Positions 23,201 through 34,400 of a stretch of 64,000 bases of DNA are shown piece after piece. Source of the DNA: Gekko japonicus (Eukaryota); contig NW_015166439.1 in assembly GCF_001447785.1 (NCBI RefSeq), positions 1 to 64,000 of the forward strand, written 5' to 3'. The first letter of the stretch is position 1. Each line of letters starts with the position of its first letter. The notes under the pieces were generated by a model. That model had not been told where the DNA came from, searched no databases, and saw only the letters and a list, made by a program, of their open reading frames with translations. Made by a program: the position numbers and the translations under genes.

Positions 23201-25959
23201 CAAGAAAGGCGCCCACTCACTTTTCTTTGATTTCAGAGAATTCCTTCTCCAAGTGCATCATCTCATCTACGCACTCTGAGCGACGTCTCTCACAGTCCTC
23301 TTCATCCATCTCTGCAGAAAGAACAGATGACAATTGCCATTCTCCCACTGTCCCTGAGCTTGCAGTGCAAGACAATTCAGCCACACTCGCTACAGAGGAA
23401 TTTCTTTAAGCAAGGAGAACAGTGGAGGCAAGAAAGAGGCAGTAACCTTTTGAGCTACACAGAACTCTTCCCACTTCAAATATGAACAGGACTTCAGTGT
23501 AATCTGGATGCTTACTAACTTGCAGCCACCAGCACAGTTGGCCCGTTTTGATAATTACGGCCTGGCCAAAATGAAGAGAGAAAATCACAAATACTATTTT
23601 GTCAGTCCCAGTTGATGAAGCATTACAGTTAGTTAATGGAACATTCTTAAGTGAACTTAACAAGAGTTGTTTGAGAAGTGTTCTCAGACAGGGCAAATAT
23701 TCCTTTCCTTCCTTCTGTTAAAATGCCACATAGGCTGAAACAGAGCAACCAACCTTATATTGTCAGAACAAAGTTGCAAAAAACCTCGCCACTTGAAAAG
23801 TAACATCAGAATCAAAATCTGAAAGGAGCCAGAAAATCTTAGATTCAACAGTCACACAAGCATCAGAAATAGATAAAAAACGGAGCAAGAGGAATTTATT
23901 CCTAGCCTCTGCTCTCAGAGGGCATTCAAAGACAATATGGGCTGTAGTCTCAATCCTACTTGTGTAACACTGGGAGATTCTATCTGGTGTCCGTGAATTT
24001 CTCCCATTTAACACTGTGGAAGGTAAAGAGTCCATGTATGCCAAAATAAAGGCTTGCCACAGCTTTGGAACCTTCAACATAAAAATATGGTGGTATTTTC
24101 CAATGGAAGGACAGTCCAAGTGCAATGGGAGAATAGACTCGTTGAGCACGTAAATAAGTAAATAAGATGTACTTTTACATAAGAATTATTATTTTGTCAT
24201 GTAACATAAGGATACTCCATAATCATTGAAGTAAAGTGGTTAAATAGGGTATATTGTGGCAATTAGTGGAGGAAAACATTTTGGTTAGTTAAGTTATAAG
24301 CTGACATGTGGAAATTAAAGGTGTAACCATAAATAGGTGCTGGAAATTAAAGGTGTAACCATAAATAGCTGCTGGAAATAAATGGTTGAATAGTGAAGAA
24401 AAGAAGCTATACCAATGGATTTAATGAAAATTAGGGTGATGATTGATACAAAAAATATGCAATAGAAACAGGGAAAATTAATTGTCTAAAATTCTTGATG
24501 TTGACTCAGTTCTAGGAAAATTGAAAAGGTCAGTAGATATGGCACAGGAGTATAAAGGTATGGAATGCGTTATTAGAAATTTCATTGGAATAAGATCAGT
24601 TATAGAAATGAATTTATTGCCTAGTGTATAATTATGTAGAGGTATCAAAATTATGTATATCAATATATATGTATGTGTGTGTGTTTGTCTGTTTGTCAAT
24701 ATGTGTGGAAAATTAATAAATAGAATATTATAAAAAAATATGTACAACTGTAGTGCAATTCTGTAATACGGCCCTTAATTAATTTATACACCTCATTGGT
24801 AGGTAGACTCATTATGGTGTCTTTTGGCAAGTTTAAGGTGGACAACTTTAAATCCATTAATTCATCCCACGATGATACAAATGAGTCATTATGAATAAAA
24901 GGTAATAAACTGTGTCCCAGCTCAGGTTTGAGGACAGGGCAAAGAAAGACAGCCCACCACTCCCACAAGCTCCTCGCTCTCGTGGTTACAGAGGCAGGGA
25001 GACAGTTCCCAGTTGGAGTGGTGGAGCTGCAGTAGCAGCTGTCCTCAAAGCTAGCTGGTGGAGAAGAAGGACACAAAGGGAAAAACAAAAATCCCTCTTT
25101 TACTTCCCATTTATGACTTTTATCAGCACCAAGGTGTCTATATGCATATTTGAAAAATCAAAGGCAGTCTGGATAATCTTTTAGGACACTTCCTAGTGTT
25201 GTAGAAAGACCAGTAACATAACAAATCCTGAGCACAAAACAGAAGCTTTGCAGAAAACTGGCAGTTTTGCTTAGCCCCAAATCAGGTAAGCTCAACAAAA
25301 GTGAAAAACTTAAATAGATGCAGGCTGAAGACTTCTGAAGCCTTGGCAGGTACTGGTCATAAGAACACCGACTTCATTAGATTCTGCTGCCAAAGTTTAT
25401 GGAACATTTACAAACATTACAATTGCTCCAAAGTTTAAAACAAAGTGCCCACAGACAATGGCTGGGGAAAAGGAGAGGTTGCATGGTGCTGGACAGGGAA
25501 AGGGCTCAACGGGGTAGGCAGCACGAATCAAAAGCCAACTTGTCGACTGTGCAAATGAACAAGGACATTTAGGTATGAAAACAGCAGGGGAATAGCATCG
25601 GTGACACTGAATATGTTGTTACTCTGCTTGCCTTACATAGGGTGGGGCGGGGGGAGGGTCATCCCTCAGAAGTGCTTAGTTTCAGCAAGGCTGCATTCTG
25701 TAGCTTCCAACTGTACCCTAGGAGTGAGCCTGGGATCTTCTGCATGCAGAGCAGGTATTCTCCCACTGAGCTACAACTTTGCCCTTGGCTCCCACGAAAT
25801 CAATCTGAGGCTGCTTTTGCCCTGCCAGATACCTGAACTCTCCTCTTCTGATTCCGACTGGCTGCCACTGCGCTCATCCTCGCTCTCTTCCTCGCCATTC
25901 ATGTCAGCTGCTGAATCTCCCTCTGCCTCCATCTCCTTGGGCAGGGGCTGGACAGGCAT
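5127..25959 (-). CDS. BRMS1: Breast cancer metastasis suppressor 1 (SIN3-HDAC subunit, Sds3 family), spliced gene, 325 aa
   Basis: Exons 25833-25959, 23221-23311, 18971-19098, 18625-18704, 16029-16125, 12337-12429, 12015-12079, 10963-11002, 8290-8428 and 5127-5244 sum to 978 nt with consistent phases. N-terminus [56 protein letters not shown] matches BRMS1, and the gene sits next to B4GAT1. Confidence 0.95.
6245..6448. mobile_element. hAT/Tip100-like MITE
   Basis: AGGGTTGCCA ... TGGCACCCCTA termini. Confidence 0.65.
6495..6963 (+). mobile_element. L1/Tx1-like LINE 3' fragment
   Basis: Degenerate coding-like sequence ending in AATAAA and poly(A). Confidence 0.45.
7126..7300 (+). mobile_element. 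tRNA-derived SINE (Squam3-like)
   Basis: GGGGCTGTGGCTCAGTGGCAGAGCAT...GGTCCCAGGTT head with A/B boxes; CTTCATGTGTTCATGT-type tail. Confidence 0.8.
7393..7640 (+). mobile_element. CR1 LINE 3' end
   Basis: GGCCACTGTGTGAGACAGGATGCTGGACTAGATGGACC...CTTATGTTCTTAT. Confidence 0.7.
8290..8428 (-). CDS. BRMS1: BRMS1 coding exon 9 (BRMS1L/SUDS3-like C-terminal domain, first half)
   Basis: [47 protein letters not shown]; ctccag / gtgagt flanks, 139 nt, in phase. Confidence 0.88.
10963..11002 (-). CDS. BRMS1: BRMS1 coding exon 8 (GC donor)
   Basis: ttcccag|[14 protein letters not shown]|gcaagt, 40 nt; corresponds to human ARAAVSPQKRKSD. Confidence 0.88.
11222..11237 (+). promoter_or_regulatory. CTCF motif in a BRMS1 intron
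   Basis: TTCACTAGGGGGCGCT. Confidence 0.45.
11795..11941. other. Assembly gap (147 N)
   Basis: Run of N. Confidence 1.
12015..12079 (-). CDS. BRMS1: BRMS1 coding exon 7
   Basis: [22 protein letters not shown]; AC acceptor, gtgagc donor, 65 nt. Confidence 0.93.
12080..12336 (-). other. BRMS1: U12-type (minor spliceosome) AT-AC intron of BRMS1
   Basis: 5'ss ATATCCTTT, branch site CCCTTAAC (12093-12100), 3'ss CCAC; splicing here restores the conserved VSGPYIVY. Confidence 0.93.
12337..12429 (-). CDS. BRMS1: BRMS1 coding exon 6 (followed by U12 AT-AC intron)
   Basis: [31 protein letters not shown]; donor |ATATCCTTT, 93 nt. Confidence 0.93.
13720..15150 (+). mobile_element. L2 LINE, degenerate RT and 3' region
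   Basis: [46 protein letters not shown] in broken frames. Confidence 0.9.
15487..15752 (-). mobile_element. tRNA/CORE-like SINE
   Basis: Same family as 4340-4635. Confidence 0.8.
16029..16125 (-). CDS. BRMS1: BRMS1 coding exon 5
   Basis: [32 protein letters not shown], ag/gt flanks, 97 nt. Confidence 0.95.
18625..18704 (-). CDS. BRMS1: BRMS1 coding exon 4
   Basis: [27 protein letters not shown], ag/gt flanks, 80 nt. Confidence 0.95.
18971..19098 (-). CDS. BRMS1: BRMS1 coding exon 3
   Basis: [42 protein letters not shown], ag/gt flanks, 128 nt. Confidence 0.95.
19251..21486 (-). mobile_element. LINE remnant (RTE-X-like) with RT fragments
   Basis: [43 protein letters not shown]; C-terminal [13 protein letters not shown]; CAATAAAG plus (GTCT)n tail. 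Confidence 0.8.
21783..21985 (-). mobile_element. tRNA-derived SINE (Squam3-like)
   Basis: Family match. Confidence 0.8.
23221..23311 (-). CDS. BRMS1: BRMS1 coding exon 2
   Basis: ctgcag|..[31 protein letters not shown]..|gtgagt, 91 nt. Confidence 0.95.
23755..24910 (-). mobile_element. RTE-X-like LINE 3' remnant interrupted by an L1-like fragment (~24150-24740, +)
   Basis: [17 protein letters not shown] zinc-knuckle-like motif; AT-rich insert ending in AATAAA and poly(A). Confidence 0.6.
25833..25959 (-). CDS. BRMS1: BRMS1 coding exon 1 (start codon)
   Basis: ACCATG start; [42 protein letters not shown]; donor CAG|gtatct; likely acceptor ttccag with exon start at 26018. Confidence 0.95.
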
Positions 25960-28379
25960 GGTGCGCCACGGAGGCAGGGTGCCCAGGGTGAAGAAAAGGA
26001 GGAGAGAAAACAACCAACCTGGAAGGTGGGGGGGGGGGGAGAACAAGATTAGAAAATCATGCTTACAACAAGGTTATAATGTACCTCCTCTACAAGTGGG
26101 TGGGACAAAGTGCACTTACGGGCCCTGACCACAGCATTCAGCATTTTTGAGAATACCAAATTTTGACTTGCTTTTAAAGTCTATAGTCTTTATGGTTTCC
26201 AAGGATGTTGACATCAATACCTGTTAAGTTATCTTTCGAATAATATTTCCAGTTGTCAAACATGGGCCTTCAGCACCCTGCAAAGGCCTCCCCACCTCAC
26301 CTGCATCTGGCAGCATTATCCAACATAAACCTATCTGCAAACATCCGTAATTAGGATAATTTATGCAGACAGCTTTTCTTAAGCCATAATTTGGGTTTTC
26401 ATTTTTAAGCACGCACAGGTATCATTAAGTGTCTGGAGGGCAAATGCAGATAGATGCAGAACTGAGCCAAGCAACATCTATCTCCCTTTGCTGGCTGGTG
26501 GGTAAGAGACTGGCTGGGCATTACACTCACAACACAAATGGCTGCCTCACTTGAAAGCCCAGCTCTGCCTGCCCAGGCCTGATTTAAACATTATCTCAGT
26601 GAGCAATAAGAACATTGCATGTGTAAGCATCCTATTTAAATGGCACCACTATGCACAGCAGTTGCGTGTACAAGGTTAACAAATCCAGGTCAGTGCCCAC
26701 AGATCCAATGTATCTCTGGTGGGCTAACATACCACAGCTGATGGCCCACTGACGCTGCCTCTATGCAATGTTCCAAGTACACTGTTCTTGCCTTTTTTCA
26801 AATGGGGACCAGGCTTCTCCAGAGAATGCTGAAAAGCAAAACCAAAAAGAGGCATAGTGAAACAGGAGTCCAGTGGCACTTTAGAAACTAACAACATTTC
26901 CCAAGTCAGAGCTCACTTCATCAAAAGCACTTCAGGGCAGCTACTGAAATGAACTCTGACTCACAAATGCTTATGTTGCAATAAAGGGCCAGCCTTTATT
27001 TTGCCACTACAGGCTAAGATGGCTCCCTATTTGGAAATACAAAAAGCAGCAGGAGCTGCCTCTCTCCCACCACCACTTCTCTCTGCTTAGCAGCTCACTG
27101 TCCCGAAAAGATGGCAAGGAAGGAGTAGGGAAATTAGCTCCTAAGCAGAGAGAAACAATGGCCAAGGGCTAATCTACTGGTGCCAAAGTGTAGTTTAACA
27201 TTAAAAAGTAGCGAGGGCAGATGGAGGATGTGGATCTGGGCCATGGCTGTCCTTTCACCACACTCCAGTTCCTGGATAGAAGTTGACTCCCCCCCCCCCC
27301 CCCACTTAAGTTAAGGAAACACTGGGGAAATCCCTGTGCTTGCCTAGAAGACCTTCAGCTTTGTGTCTGAGGGAAACTTCAGAATTCTAAGTAGGCAGAG
27401 CTCAGTTTATAGACGACTACTCTGGACATAACATGCAGCCTGGCTATTCCGCCTTCCAACAGTGCCACCCAAACAGCAGGAAAAACAGCCCACCTGTTGG
27501 CCTACCGCTCTGGGAAACCCTCCGGCTTTTCTTCCTGCTCAGTGAGCTTTAGAGCACAAAGGCTCTAACTTTCAAGTCGAAGAATTAAACCAAACTGCTG
27601 CCTGGCAACAGGAATTGATTCAAGACGGGTGTCTTTCCCAGGTATTGGGGGGGGGGGAGCTCACCTGTTGCATTCATGCCAGTCAGGTGCCTCGGGAAGT
27701 GTAAGGAATGGAGACTCTGGCAAATTTCCCATATCTTACAGACTTTTGGAAACTGGGCTGGGGCTCACCAAAAGAAACCGGGAAAAGCCCTGCTGGATCA
27801 GACCATGGGTCCGCATCCACTTCCTCATAGTGGCCAGACTATTTGGACTCAGAAAGGCTACAGGCGGGGCGCAGGGCCCAAAACCTCCCCACTGACCACC
27901 CCTGCTTCATGCTCCCAAACACTAGCCTTCCTCCCCTGCAGTAAAAAAAAAAAAAGTATAATTAAGCAAACAGGCGCATAAAAACTCGTTCCCCCGCTTG
28001 CTTGGAAAGCGACACCCAGGACAAGAAGTTAACACAGGACAAGGACTTATTACAAGCCCCTCCCTCAAACTGTAATGGACTCAACCACCTCCCCGGGGAC
28101 TTCCACGGGGAAACTCGCTACCGGACACTGGAGGAAAGGAAATGAGAGAATGAACTCTTTTCCCAGCTACATCGCTCATACAGCTCTGGGCTTCACAGGG
28201 AAGAACAAACAATACACACATATTTCCTTCTCTTTATATTGCAATGGTGTGACCCACCACTTTCCCTCCAAATGGGAAAACGCAAAAGACTGGAATGGGC
28301 GGGACCATCCTTACCCACAAAAGGGGGGTGATAGGAAAAGAGTCTAGACCCTTCATACCTGGGGGAGGGGCTGAGGAGG

Positions 28380-28900
28380 GCGCAAACCCCGCTCTAGCGC
28401 TCCTTTGCAGCCGGAAGAAGTTCTCCTTGGCCCCGCCCACCACCATCAACCAATCAGAGCAAGAGATGTTTAAACTTACTCAGCTAGGCTTGCTTTGATG
28501 AAGATTTATGCTCTCCGCGATCGGCATTGTGGGAAACAGGAAGTAAAGGGCGGGTAAGAGTTTCCATGGTGACCAGACACCAACAAGGTTAGTATAAATA
28601 CAAAACTGTAAAAACATGCTGTAGTGTAATCGCCATAGTCAATAAAAAGGACATGGACGCAAAGAACAATCCCGCCGCCCACAGGCGTGTGTTCGTTTAT
28701 TTCAATTTGTGCATATTCTCTATCATACAGGAACGACGTGAGAAGCAAAGTCAGAAGCAAAACCTCGCAAGAATTCCAGTCTTAGCGGAAATAAAGGAGA
28801 AGGCTAAAAGAAGGGCTAATTAAGAACATAACTGGAAAACTGCCAAGAGGCCTGAAAAACCCCATCCCACAAAAAAGGCTGCAGTTGCCATGGAGACTGG
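28380..28900 (-). promoter_or_regulatory. Probable BRMS1 promoter / non-coding first exon
   Basis: CpG-enriched; GC box (~28430), CCAAT (~28450), ETS GGAAG sites, two RFX X-boxes (28560-28573, 28884-28897); donor GA|GTAAGT at 28480/28479 on the minus strand. Confidence 0.55.
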
Positions 28901-30529
28901 CAGTATCCTCTTACTGTCCACCCCCACACCATCTGTGAAGCGATTACTGCCCATGGCAGTGCCTCAGCAAATCAGTGCTGTGTCCAGCCCTGAAATTACT
29001 CGCCCAGCCAAAACCCATCAGGTAAGGTAGGCACCACAATCACACTCTGAATGTGATGTCAGTATGGTTGAGTGTCGGAAGGCGGTTATTGCAGGTTTTG
29101 AGCCACACACTGGATCTCTTCTACATTGCAATTTGGAAAGAATGAAAGAAAAGTGACAAGCTGCTTCAGTGTTGTCTTGTGGGTGGTGTTTACCACCACA
29201 GAGGTGTGGAAAGAACCTTAATATATGTTTCCCCAAATTCTAGAAAATGGATTAGCTTTTTCAAAAGAGCTAGCTCTGCCAACAGCCCTTTCATTAACGT
29301 GTATATTCTCACTCCTGCTAGCTCTTTATTACACTATGCCCTAACTACTTATGCTCTACTACTTGGCATAAAGTTGACAAGAATACTGCATTTTAAATCC
29401 AAGATATTTGGTTTAATTTGCAAATGGCAGTTTTTAGTGGAAATAAATTATCCCCTCCCTACTTCCAGCCCCAGGAAGTACATTAGTGTATTTATATCCA
29501 TTATACAAAAAAACCCCAAGAAGACGCTATCAATTTGAAAAATAAAGTCAGGGACAAAAATCAGCAATCTTGAATTGTATTTCAGTTTCTCCTCTTCAAG
29601 TCACCCAGCCTCAATCTCCAGCACTTTGACACAAATCCCTGTGGCCCATCCCCACCTCTTAAGCATCATAAAACATCAGCCCTCATTCCACAGGAAGAAA
29701 TGTGCCTTTTATAGAGGAGGCCAACCAGGGAAAAACAGACAGACAAAAAAGAAACATCAAACATTTGTAAAAGTTAGCGAGTGGAAAGTGTGGAGTCTGG
29801 TGTTTGTTCTCACAATCAAGTTCCAGAGATTGTTAGCTCAGATTTATTTCCCAAGTTATCCTAAGGAACTAGGAATTCCAAAGTGAATTAGCCAGAGTCC
29901 TTTGTTAGCTATTTCACAAATAAATGTGTTTCTTTGTGTAAAACAGTGACCACCCACCAGAAACAGTTGTATAGTTATTTATCTCAGAACTGAACTGACT
30001 GGAAGGTGAGCTAACATTCCTTAGTCTTATCTGGGGTTAACTCCCAGTGCCATCCTAAGCAGAGCTAATGTCAGTCTAAGCTGATTGATTTCAATAGGTT
30101 TAGACTGGAATAACTGCATAGGACTGGACTGTGAAATTTGAATTAAAATTTACCTTTGCAATGCAAAGACAGTGTAACTGAACTGTAAACAGGCCCTACA
30201 AAAAGTCAGCTGTGGAATTCTTGTGCCTGATAGAAACCAAGATCCTTATATATGGAAGGGTCAGGGTGTGCGTATGTATGCAGACACAGATTCTGCAAAA
30301 TAAAGCACTGATAATATTCTAGCAGCAACAAACATCACTGGAGAAAGTGGACAAGCTGGCAGGTATGCCCCCTCCCTCCAATGGGCACAGTAGTAGTTCT
30401 CCAGAAAAATATTGACAGTAGCATCAGCATCCTGAGTTGGACATTTCTGTCGAGCCGGTGTGCAGTGCTAAATCCCCCCCCCCCCGTCCAAAAGAGACTC
30501 AGCACAGTCCCCTATTAGTTGACACAGAA

Positions 30530-30721
30530 TCAGCACCGCCTTGATGAAGTGGGGTATCTTATCTTGAGTTCCTGCTTGAATTGTCGGAAGAGCACCTTGT
30601 TGCGCTGGTTCTCAGCATCTTTTTGTGCATGGAAATCACTGGCCACCTTGAAGCCCTTGTGCACCAGAAATGCGTTGCTGAGCACCGAGAAACGGTACCC
30701 GGCCATATGGAGCTCACAAGC
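30530..30721 (-). CDS. B4GAT1: B4GAT1 coding exon 2
   Basis: caccag|[25 protein letters not shown]...YPTSSRRC*, 192 nt. Confidence 0.95.
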   Translation of the reverse strand, partial: ACELHMAGYRFSVLSNAFLVHKGFKVASDFHAQKDAENQRNKVLFRQFKQELKIRYPTSSRRC

Positions 30722-32004
30722 CTGGTGGGAAAGGACAATATAACAGCAGCAGAGTTCAGAGGCTCTCCCTAATTGAGAACATGCAAGAATAACCCACGTA
30801 TTCTCTAAAAACTTTAAGAAGCGCACTGCAGGACTGTTCATATAAGGACCCCCCCCCCCAGTCTGGCTGAAATTAAGCTCTTCCACCATCCCAACCCCCA
30901 AACTACATTTGGCCCCTTTACCAAGATGACCACCAGACTAGATACCTGACTGATGCGATTGAAGCCATACTGCTTGAAGCGTTCATCGTAGTGTGGCACA
31001 GAACTAGCACCAATGTAGAAGGGTTCCCAGGGGTCCCTCCACTCCACTTCATAGGCCACACGCAGGGGGCCGCCCACTGGAAGATTCAGCCAATGGGAGT
31101 AGTTGGTGGGTGCCTGGCATCTGGGGCACAGCTCTTCATAGAAAGGCCGGATCTCACCCACTTGGTACAGCTGCAGCAGTTCTGTTTTGGTTCCAGGGAT
31201 GCGGCGAGTATGGCGGATCTCAAAAGCAGGCACAACGAGGACCCTTGGCGTCCCCTCGTCAGCAACTCTGGGCAGTGCCACAAAGGCCTCCCGTAGCCCC
31301 TCGCTGGGCACCATGTCTACATCCACCACCAGCATCCAATGCCCACCGACCGCCCTCCGTGCCACATTGCGGAGCAAGTTATTGGGATAGGAAACATTGA
31401 CAACATCCATGGCATAATTACGCTGCCCAGCCCCTACCCGTGACAGCTTGGCAAAGACATCTCCACAGGCTTGGAGCCTGGCAAATTCGTCATGATCCTC
31501 CAGCTCAGGGAAGGCAGCCACTTGATCGGCCTGGCACACCAGGTGGAGGCGAACCAGCTGGCGAATGGGCGCACACAGGGCTGCCAGTGCATAGACCATC
31601 ACAGTGGCAAGGCGGACTTCGGCGGCATTTGGAGCGAAGAGGGCCACTGAGAGTGGGCCTCTCCAGCGTTCCACCAGTTGCTGAGTGTGATGCAAGTTGC
31701 TAAGGCTGGTGTGGGTGACCAGCACCACATCTTGGCTGTGCTTACCATCCCAGGTACCACGTAACATGTCCTGGTAGATGCGGAACTGTCTGCTGGCATC
31801 CAAGCTGCCACCACTGGCCAGCACTTGCTTGAGCCTCTCCTTGTGCCCGTCGCTGGGCAGGGACTGGCGCCCTTGGAAAAGCTCCGCATAGTGGGACCGT
31901 TGATCCTGTCCATGCAGTCCTGACAACAGGGCCAAATACAGCAGCTGCAAGCCAGCCACGAGTGCCAGCGCTGCCACCAGCACCTGGAAGCATGAGCACT
32001 GCAT
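30530..32004 (-). CDS. B4GAT1: Beta-1,4-glucuronyltransferase 1 (GT49; formerly B3GNT1), 2 exons, 416 aa
   Basis: Exon 1 30946-32004 plus exon 2 30530-30721; type II TM anchor, [11 protein letters not shown] motif, [28 protein letters not shown], ends RRC*. Confidence 0.96.
30946..32004 (-). CDS. B4GAT1: B4GAT1 coding exon 1
   Basis: [27 protein letters not shown]...GFNRISQ|gtatct, 1059 nt. Confidence 0.93.
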
Positions 32005-32099
32005 GGGCAAAGGGGGTACACAGTGTGTGTGTGTGTGAGAGAGAAGTCTCAAACCTGGCCCATCAGCTGTGGCTCCTTGCCTTCATTTCCTTTGCAGAG

Positions 32100-32600
32100 C
32101 TGCATGGTCCACCCTGAAGAGTCTGCAACGCGGCATGAAATCTACCTTGGGAAGAACCTTGCAAAACAGGTTAATGCATCGCGAGCAGCTGCTCGTCTCC
32201 CTTCCCTTCTTCTGAAAATCTACGAGCTTCGGTACAAGATCTGCTCGGGAGGGGGCGTCTTTCTCTAGCGCCCTCTACTCACGAGGAGGATTCATTACAA
32301 GGGGGGTGGCGGACGATTGCGACCCCCCCACCCGCTTTTCATTGTGCCCCCAGCCCTTCTGCACAGTTTTTCAAGCACATACAACCCCCCACCCCCCCAA
32401 CCTCCGTTCCGCGAAGCAAGCGGTTTTCAGGCGCCGAGGTTCCCTCCCAACCAACCACCCCCCTTTTATTTTCATTTTGAGCGTTTGTGTTTTTTGGCGT
32501 TTGTAGAAAGCATAGCGAAAGACGGGCGCGGGGGGGGGGGGGGGGGAGAAACACGACGACTGCATACTGGAAAATTGGAAGTCATCGTGGGAAAGGGATA
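32100..32600 (-). promoter_or_regulatory. CpG-rich promoter region of B4GAT1
   Basis: High CpG density between the B4GAT1 ATG and the tRNA; CTCF-like AGCGCCCTCTAC at ~32267. Confidence 0.55.
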
Positions 32601-32694
32601 ATACAAGAAAGACGAATTCTTATATAGGAAAGAGCTTCCCTGCCAGCTGGAAAATAACTATAGACCAGGTAGAAGAAAACACTTAAGCCTATGA

Positions 32695-32776
32695 GACGAG
32701 GTGGCCGAGTGGTTAAGGCGATGGACTGCTAATCCATTGTGCTCTGCACGCGTGGGTTCGAATCCCATCCTCGTCG
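32695..32776 (+). tRNA. TRS-GCT: tRNA-Ser (anticodon GCT)
   Basis: GACGAGGTGGCCGAGTGGTTAAGGCGATGGACTGCTAATCCATTGTGCTCTGCACGCGTGGGTTCGAATCCCATCCTCGTCG: 82 nt, intact cloverleaf with long variable arm, A and B boxes, TTTT terminator at 32783-32786. Confidence 0.98.
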
Positions 32777-33473
32777 CACCTCTTTTGAGTAACAGGAAGT
32801 TACCTTACATTTTCCGAAGATGGAAGGGAAAACAAGAAGAAAGTAGCCCCCCCCCTCCTCCTGTATTCTGTTGAACTTTAAGAGGAAGTCACTAGGTTGA
32901 GAGAGCTGAAGAACGAGAATGCAGTCCCCAGCTGAAAAACCCGGGGGAACGGTTTCAAGAAAGCGAGACTGTGGTGGAACTCAAAGGAGGTAGATCACCC
33001 GAGGTCCTCCAAACCTCGAGCTAGTTCTGGAGCTCGGGGGCGGGAGGGGGGGGGGAACACACTTCTCGCAGAATATATAAAATGTTGTACAGTCAGTTCC
33101 ATGACGGACGATAACTGTGGATGTGTCAGAAGGGAGGGGGGTGGGAGAGCCACTACAAATTAACCTTTTACTTATAAAGACTTTAAATGAGGAAGAAATG
33201 GATTCTACTCCAACAGAAGAGTCTCCAAGTGAGTTTTAAAAACACGCATGGGGATCGATTTCTCTCGTTTTAATTCTTGAACTTGAGTTTTTAAAATTAT
33301 GTGTAATAATTTTACTTTTAGTGCGTTCAAATCACATCAAAGCACAAGAACCCCATCAAGTATCCGTGAAAACTATGATTACTTGATTCCCCCCTCTACA
33401 GTACCACTTGTTTCCAACAGAATCCTGGGAGTTGTTGTTTTCTTTTGGCAGGGTGCACATTCTGTTAGTCGCA

Positions 33474-33677
33474 ATCTGGATAGCCCGCTAGCTCGATCTC
33501 ATCATATCTCAGAAACGAAGCAGGCAGGGTGAGCTCTGGCTAGTATTTGGATGGGAGACCTCCAACTTGGAATACCAGGACTGCTACACAGAAAAGTCAG
33601 GCAATAGCAAACCACCTCTAAAGGTCTCTGGCTTTGAAAACTCTTGCATTGCAAGTCAGCTGTGACTTGATGGCAAA
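33474..33677 (+). mobile_element. 5S-derived SINE with RTE-type tail
   Basis: 5S-like head then GGCAATAGCAAACCACCTCT...AGTCAGCTGTGACTTGATGGC. Confidence 0.7.
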
Positions 33678-33739
33678 ACAAAGGGGGGGGGGAACCGATT
33701 CTGTTAGCAGTGCCATCCACCTCCCCAGAAACAGCTTTT

Positions 33740-34400
33740 ACTATCATGAAATACATCTACATTTGTAGTCCTTTCCTTTATTATTAAGCTTGTATGACCA
33801 AAGGTTTTGAGCATATAACCAATACATCACAACAGGGCAAAGAAACAAAACCAACCTTACAAACACCACAGAACAGGCAAAAAGACAAAATACAGAACAA
33901 TCAAATACATGTATCTCATAAAAGTCTAAAACACATTGGATAAAATATAACAGCGGACCTATACAATTTCTCATGCCAGCAGGATAATACTTATTATAGC
34001 AGCATTTTAAGGAGATCACTATTGTCAAATATTTTGCAACAGATCGAGTTATTTCTGAATCAAAATCGGCTAAAGATAGAGATACCACCCAGGACTCAAC
34101 AAGAAGTAGATATCTGGACCTACATTTGTAGTATAGACAGGCTATCATTTTCAGGGTGTTGGTGTGGTTCTAGGGTACATGTTCATGCACTTCTGTGTAG
34201 CCAGCTTAACAGCGATCAGGAAATAAACTGGATAGGATTACACTGTTATTTCCAATGCTTTCTCCACCAAAAGGACATTCACTTGTGGAAAACTTCCATA
34301 TAAATATAGAATAAATCTCACTACCAGATCTTGTGGACAAAACTGGGGAGAGATGTCATTATGCCATGCTTTACTTTCTGAGATATCTGCCATGGAAGTC
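33740..34400 (-). mobile_element. RTE-X-like LINE 3' remnant
   Basis: C..YK..RSRYL..SLADFDSEITRSVAKYL resembles the other copies; AATAAAG tail. Confidence 0.55.

Noticed and set aside
25827-25832. GTATCT donors (here and at B4GAT1 30945) as U12 introns
   Set aside because: They lack the CCTT of RTATCCTT and have ordinary polypyrimidine-AG acceptors with no CCTTAAC branch site.
5127-25959. Calling the gene BRMS1L
   Set aside because: The length and C-terminus are BRMS1L-like, but the N-terminus, [25 protein letters not shown] and the B4GAT1 neighbourhood match BRMS1.
30838-32052. 404-aa single-exon ORF as the B4GAT1 product
   Set aside because: It starts at a TTG and runs into the intron; homology supports ATG 32004 and splicing at 30946 to exon 2.
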